DNA of 64,000 nt from Octopus vulgaris (Eukaryota). A model generated the notes under the pieces. The model was not told the origin of the DNA. It saw only the letters and a program-made list of their open reading frames with translations, and searched no databases. This document shows, piece by piece, positions 25,675-39,000 of this stretch; position 1 is the first letter of the stretch, and every line of letters starts with the position of its first letter. The position numbers and the translations under genes were made by a program. Location of the stretch: contig OX597816.1 of the NCBI GenBank assembly GCA_951406725.2, positions 100,378,001 to 100,442,000 on the forward strand, in the 5' to 3' direction.

Positions 25675-25960
25675 TTTTGTCAGCAGAGCTTATGGCCTTT
25701 CTAACCCATCCATCATCTGTTTGTTCATCAACTTATTCTACAAATGACTTCTTTCAAACTGTTGGCCCAACTGGGAGCAGATTTTCATGATAGTGTCTGG
25801 CTTGGTCCTCTATCAAGTTTGTTTAACATGTGCTGATTCAGCAATTGCTTATCATTCTTTGAACAAATTACTTAATCATCTCTGAAATTATTGGACCTAA
25901 TGTCAGAAAAATTTTTGGGGGTGTTCCTTGGGTAGTCCCCTACAAAGTTAATTGATATTT
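25675..25960 (+). mobile_element. Decayed Helentron-associated (HINE/DINE-like) non-autonomous element
   Basis: tttttgtcagcagagcttatg, a ccatccatcatctgtttgttc microsatellite remnant, and two diverged core units ending cttggtcctctatcaagttt and ttccttgggtagtcccctacaaagtt. Confidence 0.45.
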
Positions 25961-26719
25961 TATTAATTGGATGATTTATATTTAACAGAAAGTCTATTTA
26001 ATAGAGAATACATAAGGACTTTTCATTTTCTATGTTTTCCATATTTCCCTGTCAGAATCATCAATTACAAAGATGGGATCTCTTCAGTTTCACCCACAGA
26101 TTTTTTTAATTATTTTTTTAACTAAACAGTTTGAAACTTCGTATACTGGTTTAATTTCTCATGTTGAACACTGTTTACTTTCAACATTTTTGACAAAATT
26201 TCGTATTTTAGAAGTTATTTCATGTTAAATCGCCCAATTTCTTTTTTCTTGTATAAAGCAATGGATGGAAGCATTTAAAAACAATTAAATTCATAGAAGC
26301 AAACAAAATCAAAAATATTAATTTTAATCATAATGATGGAGATGAGTAAACATTTTTGAATCTAGATAGTTTGAATCACAAAATCAGCCCCTTTTAATTT
26401 TGCTCAGATTGTTTCCAAATTTGGGCTATGGATGGAGTTGGGAATTTTGATTACACTCAACCAATTACTTTATCTCATAAATTAAAGAATTTGATGTTAT
26501 TTGGAATTAAAGTTGGAAAATTTGTGTAATTTTAGCCAATCAACAGACAGTGAGGCATTAACAGCTAGTTACCATAGCAACATATGACTCGCTGTGCTGA
26601 GTCTTCTCATCTGCATGCAGTTTCTCTTTACATGTTTCGATTTTAATATTTTTGTGCAGACTATATAAATCATCCGTTACCTGTGCTTATATCAATTAGA
26701 AATTAAATTTAGGTATTTT

Positions 26720-27215
26720 TCATAAATTTCTGTAGTATTTTACAGCAAGACTTCCTTTTGTACCCCACCAAAACCCCCCTTTTTATTTATTTAAAAAAAA
26801 TTTTTCTACACAAACCTCCATTTTCAGCTATGGAGAATACAAATCTACAAAAAAATTGGCAAAAATCTGCATATTGAAATTACCCCTCCCCTCCACTAAT
26901 TTCTTCATTTTTTTACATTTATCAGAAATTTTTTTTTAAAAGTATGTGGAAAAATACAGAGATTATGATTCTGAAAAAAATTTCTAAAAATTTCTGTAGT
27001 TAGGATTAGGGTTATGGTTAGGGTTAGGGAAAAAAGTAAAAAAAAAAAAATGAAGAAATTGGTGGGGTGAAGGTGGCGAAATTTCAAAATGCTGATTTTT
27101 GACAACGTTCTGAAATTGCCATATTTGAAAATGGGGGTTTTTGGAAAAAAAAAATTGGGAGGAATAGGAGGAGGATGGGAGAAAGTCTTTCCTATTTTAC
27201 ATATATTTTATGAAG
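26720..27215. mobile_element. Foldback-type non-autonomous element with an internal TTAGGG-like run
   Basis: Imperfect long inverted arms (ccactaatttcttcattttttt vs aaaaaaatgaagaaattggtgg; acctccattttcagctatgg vs ccatatttgaaaatgggggt); ttagga ttaggg ttatgg ttaggg ttaggg at 27000-27029. Confidence 0.55.
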
Positions 27216-27329
27216 TTTTTTTGTGTTTGTTTACTTTTTGCTTGTTGGTAAGAGCCTAGAATGGCTGCAACCAGGTCATTTTGAAAACAGTGGTGGACGC
27301 TACATATTATTTTGAAAAAAATTAGGATG

Positions 27330-27960
27330 TTATCCCTACAAAAAAAGTGTAATAAATCTAGGCACAATATAAATAAGAAAGTGGTTCATGGGAATTTGTA
27401 TTGGCAGTGCACTCACAATGGGTGTAATGAATGTTTGTCAGTAAGGACAAGAAGAGAAAAAGAAAACTGTTGGATGTTTCACTTGCATTCAACATATCTG
27501 ACCAACAAACCTGTCACAAGCCACTTTTTTTCACAGAAAAGAAAGTGGGAGGGCGGTGTGGAACCTCAAAGTTTTCCAGAACCCAGAAAAGGCAAGATTT
27601 GGCTACTATTTCTCACAAGCCCTGCTACCACATAACAGCTATTTATGATAAAGGACCTGCTGTTATCACAAATAGCTGCTAATGCGGGTGCACTTGTAAA
27701 CATTTACCTAAACACATACAGACAAAATCATGACTTCATAAGGTATTCATCTTTATTTAGAAGCCTAGAATGAACAGGTCATACAGGGTACAACCTTAAA
27801 GTTGACACCATTTGCTACAATGAACGTTTATTATTGGCTAAAAATAGACAGCATATCTATTTTTAAACATCTGTAAATCTAGGCACAATATAACTAAGAA
27901 AGTGGTTCATGGGAATTTGTATGGCGGTGCACTCACAATGGATGTAATGAATACAGGAAA
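27330..27960 (+). mobile_element. Possible MULE-type relic with a FLYWCH-like segment present twice
   Basis: KKVVHGNLYWQCTHNGCN in ORF 27312-27635; the ~79-bp segment is repeated at 27353-27432 and 27874-27952. Confidence 0.4.
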
Positions 27961-28184
27961 TGTGTCAAGTTCAACAGGAAACTGTATTTCCTATGGCTAA
28001 ATAACAGTAGCATTCTTTCCTTTTATGGGACTGTCATATTAAGTTGACAACATACTATCTCTTTATCATGCTGCAACTGCATAAATCTCTCTCTCAGAGA
28101 TTTAGAACTATATTATTTCTATTTTCAAAAATCAGTGAATGTATTTCACTTGAAATATATATGTTTTCAAAGGCGAATAGGCAT

Positions 28185-28925
28185 TGACAGCTAGCAACCC
28201 ACTATTTTTATTGTTTTTTGGGAGGAGTCTAGCCGAATTTTTTTGCAAAGCCACCATTGTTGGGTGGTAGTGAAACAATTGAAAAAAATGAAGAGATCTG
28301 TGGAAGCTACTGGAGGTTGAGATGCTATAGACTCACGGGTGCTGAAGCCAGAGAAGATGGAGTGGAATGAAGAAAAGATAACTAAATATTGTGAGAAGGT
28401 AAAGAAAGAAGGGTCAAACATAAAAAGACCCTACCAGAGGAGGAAAAAAGAAAAATGGAAAGCAAGACAGTAACATTCAGAACATTTTTGAATGAAAATG
28501 GGAGAATAGAACACGTACCACAGGAAGAGATAGAGGAAATGTTGGTGGTGAACATAGGAGAAAAGATAACAATTTTACAAGAGGAAGAAGATACAGAACT
28601 ATAGTAGTAGCCTTTCTTTTCAGAAGGGTGGAGGTGGTACAGCTGTTTATTGTGTCTACCACCTGACTGTTGACCGTTGCCCTGACTCATGGCTGAACAA
28701 GTTGGAGCAATTCCTCTTCTGTCTATTGTGGAAGGGAGAAAAATCACTTGTGAGGTGCTCTGTTTGCTGCCAGGAACCGCTAAATTGTGGGTTAGGGATG
28801 CCCTGGTTGATGATGTGCAGACATGTGTTGAGACTGAGGCATCTCTGGTGCTACCTGGAGGGTGATAAGGTGTAGAATCTGCTGGCAGAGGAATTTTTTC
28901 TGCGACCAGCCTCATTGGAGCGATT
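28185..28925 (+). mobile_element. Internally deleted Tx1/L1-clade LINE (ORF1-like N-terminus joined to post-RT ORF2)
   Basis: From 28681: PDSWLNKLEQFLFCLLWKGEKSLVRCSVCCQEPLNCGLGMPW (cf. F.W.G....R.....P..GGLG.P), preceded by RVEVVQLFI. 28268-28605 is a charged ORF1-like fragment. Confidence 0.7.
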
Positions 28926-29299
28926 TAAACCCAGTTTCATTACAAGGCGAAACTGATTGAATGGCAAAAGGAATGTTAGCAAGCACTCATGCATAAAAAA
29001 ATGCTCTTCCTGGGTGACAACAGCTTATATGTCAGATTGTTGCACAAGTTCTAGCCATTTTGATATGGGAAATTGGAAAGGTTTGAAATGATTTCATCAG
29101 TATTTACTTGTACCAAAGAGCACTCTTTTGATAGACAACATGTTGATCTCATAAGTGTTATGTGGTGGAAATAAACACAATTGCCAAACTTTCATTCATA
29201 AGACCATTTACTATTTCGTTTTGTTGCATTTCAATTTGTACATTTGTATCACCGATTGCATACAAGCGCATATGTAAAACTGCATCCTTTATTTTTTAA

Positions 29300-29404
29300 T
29301 CACCATCTGCTGATATCAAAATTAACATATTTTATAGTGGGGGCCATTTGTGATTCCAAGGGTGAAAAGGGGGCATTTGGCCAAAATGGGTTGAGAACCT
29401 TTGC
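29300..29404. mobile_element. hAT (Charlie-like) element terminus
   Basis: Ends gggttgagaacctttg, the reverse complement of a CAGTGGTTCTCAACC-type TIR, after G-rich subterminal boxes. Confidence 0.5.
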
Positions 29405-30587
29405 CATATAATATACTAAATCAAATCTGCAAGCATAGATATATGCCTTTCTGACATACCCTCCCCTTCCCATCATTGGGACAATGCATAAAACTGTAAT
29501 TGCTAACTTGGTTTGGTTTTTGTTGGTCTTTGCCTCCTCTAATATTTTAGTCTGGATACAGCCCTGATTTCTATATGTTTCTATTTCTCTTAACCTCAGT
29601 TCATTTCAACTTCTCGTATTTCATTTTAAATCAGTACTGTCTGTTTATACTCATTGCAGACCAGTCATTATTTTTCACTTATTTTCAGATAGTGTCTGCT
29701 ATTCTTTCTTTCACTAGCCCCATATAATTATGAAGGTAGTGATAGCAAAGACAACCATTTTCATTTATTTTTCATTTTTTTCTTATCTCTTTCTGAATCT
29801 TTCTTCTATAAACAGATATCTGCCAGATGGCTTTTGACAACATTGCCATAACAATTTATCTATTTATTTTCCATTCTAAAAGTCCAACAATTGCTAAAAA
29901 TGTGAACTGGTGCTTTATCTAATAAGTTAAATCACTGGTTCTCAAAAATATTTGCTACATATTAGCTCTTAAGATATTGTGAAAAGTTGTAAATGCATTA
30001 TATATCTTTTTTTTTTTATAATTCAATTTATCAACTATGTTGAAATCAACAGTGTAATCCTGTTCTTCTAACAATATAACATTAGTGTACATAATATTTT
30101 TATAATAAACTGTTTTCCTTTAGGTATGGTGTGATTATCATGATCTTCCTACTACAATGTAAATAAACAAAAGTTTGGGATCCACCAATTGCTGTATTTG
30201 TCTGTAAACTTGATTTTTATATCAAACTACCTTTGGCTCAAAACTTTAAACATACATGCACAAACAGTGCTCACCCCCCCCCCCCATACACACACACACA
30301 CATACACTCCCTCTCTCTCTCTCTTACTAGAAAAGGATTTTACAACTTACTTGAGTTCAAGCATATTTTTTATGTATGTATGTATGTTTGTGTAATTATA
30401 TAAGAAAATCTTTTGTGAGGATTTTGGTTGAAGATAGGGAAACTTTTAGATAATTTGTAAAGTTTGTTTAGTATAAAGATGTGAAATGTGTATTTTTATT
30501 GTATGTTTTGGTGATAGTTAATGGCTTAACTGGCTAAAACTTTAAAGTCACTGTCTACAATATTCTTGTTAAAGAATAAACTATATA

Positions 30588-31460
30588 CAGGGTGCAGTGG
30601 ATTAACAGTTGTCTAAATTACGCAAAAATGAAAATAACAATGATATCTCATTTTAATAGATATATTTACCAAAATTACATAAAAATATCTTGAAATACTA
30701 AAGAGTAAATTTACTCCATAAAATCGCCATTGGCTTCAACCACAGCCTCCAGACAACTTCAGAATCTTCTGCAGCTCTTCTGGATGGTATCCTTGTTTAA
30801 GTTGGTAAATGCTGCCTTAATCCTTGCCTTCAGTTTATCTTTTATGTTACAAGGAGTTTTGTTGGTCTCTCACTCAACATAATAATCAAGGGGGTTGCAG
30901 TCTGGGGAGTTAGGTGGCCAAATGTTAGGGGTGATGTCTGCAGAAATTGTCTGACAGCCATGACTGGGTTCTCCTGCTTGTGTGGCATGGTGTAGAGTCC
31001 TGTTGCTAGACATAGGGTCTTTCAGTAACCACCCTCTTGATCCAGTGCAGCACTACCTCCTCCAGGCACTTGATGTAGGTTTCCATGTTGAGTCTGAGGC
31101 TGTGTGGGAAGATGAATGGAGACATAATGTCGCTATCATTAGTGATCACTCCAAACACCATGATGTTGACTGGATGTTTGATTTTTATCACTCTCAGCAC
31201 ATGTCCTCAAATTGCACTGTCCTCTGATTGACATTCAAACACTCTAAAATGTCTGTACTGGAGCTTCTGGCATGAATGCCAAGCAATACAGCATGTCATT
31301 TCTAAATAAATGGCAGAGTAAATTGTGTCATGGTGCTGATTTTCTCACAGATGGTGCCCAACTGACCCTACTATTCTGTGTAGTCAACAAAATCAAAACA
31401 AGCAATGCACATGCATGAAATAAAAAATATAAATGGTGACAATTTACCCATCCCACCCCA
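30588..31460 (-). mobile_element. Internally deleted Tc1/mariner maT (DD37D) transposon
   Basis: TA then TIR cagggtgcagtgg; other end aatttacccatcccaccc. Minus translation KHPVNIMVFGVIT...RPYV*QQDSTPCHTSRRTQSW...WPPNSPDCNPLDYY. Confidence 0.9.
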
Positions 31461-31471
31461 TAATATGTGTT

Positions 31472-31520
<49 letters not shown>

Positions 31521-32689
31521 TTAATGCTAACACATTGAGCTACTTTCTTATCACTGATACTTTAAACCAGAAGTCACCAAGAGAAGGTATCAAACTCTTT
31601 GAGTGATTTTTCCTAAACTACAAAGTAATCCACTCCACAGGTCACTATCTTCACCCCGTCATATCTGCTCTAGAGCCAGTAAGTGTTTCTTTCCATTAAC
31701 TCCTAACCTGTGAACTGCTGTCTTCCTCTCACTCCTGCTATTACCAGAGCTGTAAATATATTCCACATGGATTGTTTTGGGAATCTCCTGCAGCCAACCT
31801 CCGCTGCAAACAACCAGACCTTCTACTCTTGGCTAAGAACATTTTTGTGTTTCTTTTCTTGATTTCATCACTCCAGTGATATTGTAAGAATATGGTGTTG
31901 CTTCTTTGGCAATTCTAAAAACCAGTTTTTCAGAAATGTCAGCCATAAAAATCCCTGACCATTTTAAAAATCTTTTCAATGTTGTTTCTTACCTTGTAAA
32001 TTAACATTCATGATTAACATGCAAGAACTCTTTAAACTGAAGTACTTTAACTTTTCTATTACCAGAATTGCAACCTATATAAAATTGTCTCAGGATGATT
32101 TTTTTCTCTCTATAGAACTACCTATATCTTTATCTTATTGTATTATTGTGTCAATCACTATCTTTCTATCTGAATTTTAAATAGAGAAAATTTGCAGGAA
32201 ATCATTTTTTCTTTATTTTCATATCCTATATGTAGCAAGAATTTCCAAACAGACAATATTCAATTTTAGCATATTTATTATTCTGAAATGCACTGTTAGG
32301 TAACGTTTCATTCAATTGAAATTTATCTTACACATCAGTAATTTATCCTACATACACCATATTTACTCACTGAAATACTAAGGAAGATATAACAAGACAT
32401 GTACTCTCTCAGGTATTTGAGGTGTGAATTGTTAATTCTATCCAAAAGTGCATCTAAATATAGCATACACAGTATTTTCTCTTCTTAATAATCTCTGTAA
32501 AATTTATTACCATAGTTACAGAAAAATATATATTCTCAGGATAGCTAAAGCCTAAATGATATGCTATTACAGTCTAATTAGTAAAGTACTGAGTTCTGAT
32601 AAGAATGAGAATAATTTTGTTTGCTTTCTCTGAAAATATATTTGTTCCTGTTAAATAGCAAAGAGGAAAAGTGTCATAATAATCTAAGT

Positions 32690-32917
32690 CAGTGTTTCTC
32701 AAGCATTTTTTGCCTGTGGACCCCTTTGATTCCTATTTTATTCTGCTAGACCTCCACAGCCATTCACTGTATATAAAAAAAAATCCTATCATATTTTAAA
32801 AATTAGAAGTTGTATAAAAAAGATTTAACTGTTTTGTGTATTGTAGACATATAACCAATTTATTGCTCATAAATTTTAACAGCAAAATCTTGTATGGACC
32901 CCAGTCAAGAACCACTG
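32690..32917. mobile_element. hAT MITE with intact 8-bp target-site duplication
   Basis: TIRs cagtgtttct / agaaccactg; TSD atctaagt at 32682-32689 and 32918-32925. Confidence 0.9.
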
Positions 32918-35900
32918 ATCTAAGTGCTTCACTGCTTTCATTTCTAGCTTAGTATAAACAATACTTTTGAGTTTAAGAATTTGGAATGTTCTTAATACCG
33001 ATTTTTATGCAGATACTTAAAATTTAATTATCAAATACAAAATCCTTTGAAAAATTATATGTTAAGATTTAAAATTATAATACACTAAAATGCATTGTCA
33101 TATACCTAAGACTAGTTTATTCTATACATATGGGCACCTGCAGAATATAGAAATGATTATTAATATTATTTATTGAAAGATGGTTTTAAGATGAATAAAT
33201 TTTTTCGTATTCTTCTACCCATTAACTCCAAGGCTTTTTGCTTAATTTGAATATACAAAACTATAATCTAAAAACGTCTTATACTTTTCAAATATCTCTT
33301 ATTATAATTGCTATCCAACAATACCCTTAATATTCTCATGATTTTCAAAGATCTATTAATGAAATAAATTGTGTTATAATTTAGTTAGGTCTTCTTATGT
33401 GTTTATAAACTATCTATTTTTATTATAGTCTGCATGTGAACAATGCACAATATTAGCTTTTGCACATTGTTTTATTGCTTTACTAATAAACTTTTGTGGA
33501 ATTTTAATTTATCTTGCAAAATATAATAACCTCTTTTGTTAGTAATATGCAACCAAGCAGCTGGATCAATGTGTACTATTTTAACTCCAGTTCGTGTTAT
33601 TCACAGGGCTTCGTTTTCACCAGTAGGCAGACGAGAACTAGTTTTCTAATAATTTTTTGCTCTGGAACATTTTAGTCTGTTTCTTTTCCATAAGATAAGT
33701 GATTTTTGTACTTGAATGGTTTGGAAGTATTGTGAGCTAATAAAATGAAAGTCATAGATGTTAGATATATGTTATCTGAAAATCATGATGCTTCTATTAA
33801 AACTGGTTTTAATGTACTGTATTTAATGATATATAAAGCACTTCTTTTCTAAAAATATGCCTCAAAAGTCACTCCAGGTCTTATATGTGAAGTTGAACCT
33901 ATACTACATGCACCATAAGCTTATGCCTAAAATTGGGACATGTCTAATATATATGTACATCTTTTATGCTATCAAACATGATAAATTTTCATGCACTAGG
34001 TTAGGCCACATGGACTGGAGAACTTATTTGATGAAACAATTTGTTACATTGAAGTTATTTTTATCTGTATAATTGTGAAGAATAGTTAATGGAATCTATC
34101 TGTAGAACACTGGACAAAATACTTAACAGTATTTAATTAAATCCCTCCAGAGTCAACTTTGTCTTTGACTTTTACATGATTGATAAAATAAGCTACTTAC
34201 TGGAGTTAGTTTAATTGACTGTACCTTATCCCCATCATTTGTCACCTTGTATTAGTAACAGAAATCAATAATTAGAAATTAGTATTGAAGAATTTTATAT
34301 TGGCTGACAAATTGCTCTGTTAAATTTACATTCCATATGCATTATAAAATATCTCTATCTCAAATACATATGTCTCTAATTTATGATCTTCAAGTTTAAA
34401 ATATAGAGCCACAAAAAAATATGTTTTGATTTTCATATATAGAAAAAAATTGTAGTAAGTTTTATTTTCATATTTTCTGAAGGTTATCCAATTTAGTAGG
34501 GCAAAATTTGTGATGGGTAATTTTTAAAGTTGCTTATGGAGCAATAATCACAAGCAGTGGCAAAAGTTGTTGTACCACTTAGTAAACTAGCAAACAATAA
34601 GTTTATTAAGTTGGCATTTCTGAACTTTCTTTTTCTGTTGGTTTGGTTTCTTTTTTCCTTTTAAAAATAAAAAGTTTATATTCAACATTTCTGCAAATGC
34701 AGTTATTTTAATTTTCACTTGTTTGTATAAATATTTTTATCATGCTTTATAATAATCTTGTTTACATAGTCATGTAAGCTACATCAAATTGAATAAACCT
34801 TCTTTAAAATATTTAATAAAGTTCTACGGTAATTTTTTATTTGAATATTTTAGCCAATTTTTGACAATGGTTTTCTTTCATACATAGCATGAATATCGAT
34901 CTCCCCATTTAAATTTGCATGTAGAAAAGTGATATTTAGCAGTCACTTATATCATGTATTTATGTGATGAGCTGAATACTTTGAAATGGATTAGTTTTAT
35001 TTGTGGCCACAGAAACATTTAAATATAAAGACTACATAGCTTGCAAGTCGATATAGTTGAAATGACTGTCTCTTGGCGCTCAGCCTGTTATTTAGAAGAA
35101 TGTTATCTTTGGCCCCAGGCCAGTTATGCTTCTAGCATTTTACCATTAACTTTAAAGGAAAAGTTTCTTCTAAATTGCCAGAATTTTATATCAGCAATCA
35201 GTTGTATACCTTACCCTGTTTACACATAATCTGTATTTGTAAATTAAAAGGATGAATAAGACAATGATAAAGTCTTTGAATATTGATTTATTATATCATG
35301 AATAAAAAGAGAAGTTTGATTATTAACCTATAGTTTCTTTCAGGCCAATTTAATTTCAATATTAATAAACTTTTTAATGATTTAATCAGCTTCTGATATT
35401 CCTTTAGCATTGGGAGTGGGGTGGGGGAATTCCATTACAAATTCAGCAAATAGCAATACAATAAATCCTTTTCTATTTTTCAAATGCAATCATCTATGTA
35501 CCAAGAGGGAAACCTCACTAACTCTACTTTTGAACTCAAATTTAAACTAGCTATACCATAACTTATCAAACAAGTTACTCTTTCCACATTAAACTTGCAT
35601 ATAAGTAGCATAAAGCAATTGCCTATAACTTGCATCTGTGATGTTACGTTTAATTTACAGTTCACCTTTAAAAGATTAAATGTTTTCATCCAGTATCTTT
35701 TAAAGCATATTGTTAAGCCATTTGATTACAAACCATAAGTTTAAAGTTACTTATAATCATTGAAAAATATCCATTTTCAAGTGAGCTACATTGTTTTCTT
35801 GAGTTTGTCTTTCTGAAAATTTATTCCATTCTTCTGTAGTATGTCTATTTCCTATTGAGAGAAAACTGTAGATAAAAACTTGCACTGTAGAAACATCCAG

Positions 35901-36024
35901 ATTATCAAAGATTATTCCACTATTGAATGTAAAATGGATGTTACAATTTTTTAAACATAGTATGTTTGTATTTCTGAACACAACTTACTACACTCTTATA
36001 GTTTATCAAGGAGAGTAGACTAGA

Positions 36025-36048
36025 ATGTCTTCCCTTTGCTGTTTCCAG
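36025..36048 (+). CDS. Candidate start-codon-bearing exon (MSSLCCFQ) of the gene containing exon 40587-41847
   Basis: ATG at 36025, in-frame upstream stop at 36016, strong donor CAG|GTAAGC at 36048/36049. Phase 0 matches the phase-0 acceptor at 40587. Confidence 0.45.
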
Positions 36049-39000
36049 GTAAGCATGAAATCAAAATCTTTTAGTGGTGACACCTTTAGAATTTTAACTT
36101 TTATACTTTTTTGAAAAGTAAGTTAAGTAAAATGAGTATGATTAAGAATCAAAACAAAATCAAATAAGATCAAAATTCAGCTCACTATTCGCTACTCTTT
36201 GCAGCTCATCGCTATATTTGATGTTACACAAAACAATATATTGCCAATATATTTTCTAGTATGCACCATATCTTTATTACCTTAAACTAGTGACTTCAAA
36301 ATAGTAGCTTCTTTTCAATAAGCATTTGTTTTTTTGTTTTTATTTATTATTTTTTATAAAGCTGAGATATAACCATTTGAATCTGTTCAAATCAGTACTT
36401 ATTTTGATCAATCTTAGTAAGATGATGGACAGTTTCTTCTTTTTAATTTTCCATCTTATTTGCATTTCTATAGAAAAAATATCAACTTTTAGTTATTTGA
36501 AGAATTATAGTAACTGGATATACAAAAAATGATAAATAAAAGCTCTTTAGATTAAATAATTTACTTTCCTTATTTATGATGTGCTATGTCAAGTTAAAAC
36601 ATATCAGAAAAAGAAGATAAGGTCTCACCTGTTAGGATCAAATAGCAGATAAATCTGGTGTCCTCAGAAGTATTGGATCTTAAGTATTATGGTACCATGG
36701 TCTCATTTGTAGGTAGTTTTGATTAGTTCTGGTGAATCATTAATATTATAGTCTTAAAATTGCAGTCTGTCTATTAACCCACCAGCTATCATTGTCACCA
36801 TCACTAAGGAGCTATCATTGTCACCATCATAAGGAGGAGGATAACCTCCTCCTTATTTCCTCCTCATTGTTTTACAAATTCATCCCCATGTTGGCATGAA
36901 CTGGACAAGTTGTCATGATCCAAATACTTATTTGGAATTACTATCTCCATAGATAGTTTAGGGAGCATATGTTACTCTTAATGTTTCATTTCTAGATTAG
37001 TTTCTACAGCATGGTGCATTTTCTACTACCAGCAACTTCAAACAATATACTGGTTATATTTCATGACACCAGCACTAGAGAGATTGCCTTGCTCCTAGCA
37101 AACCCAAAGAGCCCTCTCAACCCTATGTTATTTCATTTGTTCCTTCACTTGCACTGGAGGAGTGATCTTGTTCAAAATGAGTAAATAGAGCCCCACTCCT
37201 TTTGCATTGTCTTTGTTTCTTCCTTTCTTTCCCAAATAATTGAGAGTGCAGAAAGAAACATTTTTCCATCACATCACTAGTGATGGTTATGTAGGTAGTG
37301 AAGTGGAAGGGGGAGAAAGTAATAGAACCAGAGTAGTGTGAGCAACAGGGTTATAGAAGAGAGAGAGTAATGGACAATAATCAGATTAGAGTGAAAGGGT
37401 GACAGGAGATGGAGCAACTGAAGAGGAACAGAGTAAATTGAAGGGAGGGTACTAAAAAACAAAAGATGGAGAGAATGATAGAATAAGACTAAGATAATAA
37501 AATTGAGCAAATAAGGAGAGTAAGACAGAGTGATCAAAGGGTAAGAGACCGTGTAGAAGAAAAACACAATGATGAAAAAGGGAATAAATGGCAGAAAGGG
37601 TAGATTGATGGGAAAGAGAGAATGATTGATAAGAAAGTTGTGAAGAGAGGGAGTACAGTAGATGGTTGATGGCAAAAAGCTTTAAAAATTATAGAAATGG
37701 GCGAGAGACCTAAATGTACTTATTAAACATCCTGACTTCCATTCTAATTAGGATTTTTATGCCTGTTTTATTTTTGTCTTTTTTATATGCTAATATGTGT
37801 TAAGCAGGTCTTTTACTCAATATTTTACCACTTATCATAGACCTTTAACAACTTCTTTGTGAGATTTGGCCTTTTTGACATACATCTTCACTACTTCTTC
37901 CCATGCATTCCTTGGTCTCCCTCCTCCACACATTCTATTCACTTGGAAAACTTGGCTCTCTTTTATGCAGCTATCTCCCACATACATCACAAATATTCAT
38001 TTGTATTCCAGCATTTATATATTTCCAGTAGATTCCTTTCTTCCCAGACTTCACAAACCCTCTGCAGTAATGACCCACATTTTACTATCATATAATATTG
38101 CATTTCTTTGATTGAAGAATAGATTCTATGATATGCAAGCATGATACAATTTACTTTCCGAGAGGTAAATACTTTGTTACCAGCTCCTTGAACTTTTCAC
38201 CTAATTTTTGCTTTAATAACTGTTTTTAGAAAATTTGCCTCCCTTTCTTATTAGGTCACCTAGGTAAAAAAAAGTCTATCAGCTACTTCTAAGAACCCTT
38301 CTGGGTATTTGAAGAAATCTGTATATGTATATTTATTTACTACTAACCACTATTGTACATTTGCCACATATATAGTACACCTCTCTCAGCTTGCCTATGA
38401 TCCTAGTACACCCATCATGCATACATGGTATATACTTTATATACCATAAAGAAAATCAACATATTTTTTTTTCTGCATACCCACTTTCCCCACAAGCTGT
38501 AGGGGTCCTGTCTTCTTTCATATTAATTCAAACATTTTTTTCTTTCTTGGGTTTACTTTGAGATATTTTGAGTTGAGGCTTTGTTTCTATATTTGAAATT
38601 TCTTTGGCATTTGGGAGTTTCCACAGACAGCTGATTTTAAATTCCTCTCTTTAAGGGCTAATAAAATATAATTAACAAGAGGAGGATGAGAGTTGAATCC
38701 CAGTGGATGTTTACCTGTATGATAAATCCATTGTTGATCTCATTTCCAACTCTTACCTTGCTGAAAGCATCTATCTACAATGGCTTGAAAGGTTATTCTC
38801 AGTTATTCATCTACATATAGTTTTCATAGAAACAACCTGATTATAGAGCATTATACTCTATCAAAGGTTTTCTTGGTCAACAATTGCTAGGTAGAGTGAT
38901 TTAAGTATTTTTTTGTAATTGTCTCACTAGGAAGAGGGCACCAATGGTGCTCTAACCAGGTACAAATCAAAACTAGATCTTGTCCAATATTCTATATATG

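Noticed and set aside
27000-27029. True telomere or fusion site
   Set aside because: Only five imperfect units in one orientation, inside a foldback repeat.
28382-28915. 177-aa minus-strand ORF as a host gene
   Set aside because: It is the antisense of the Tx1/L1 relic read on the plus strand.
37277-37675. 132-aa hydrophobic minus-strand ORF, and similar purine-rich tracts at ~54960-55400 and ~59935-60216
   Set aside because: Low-complexity GA-rich sequence gives L/F/S/P-rich open frames by composition alone.
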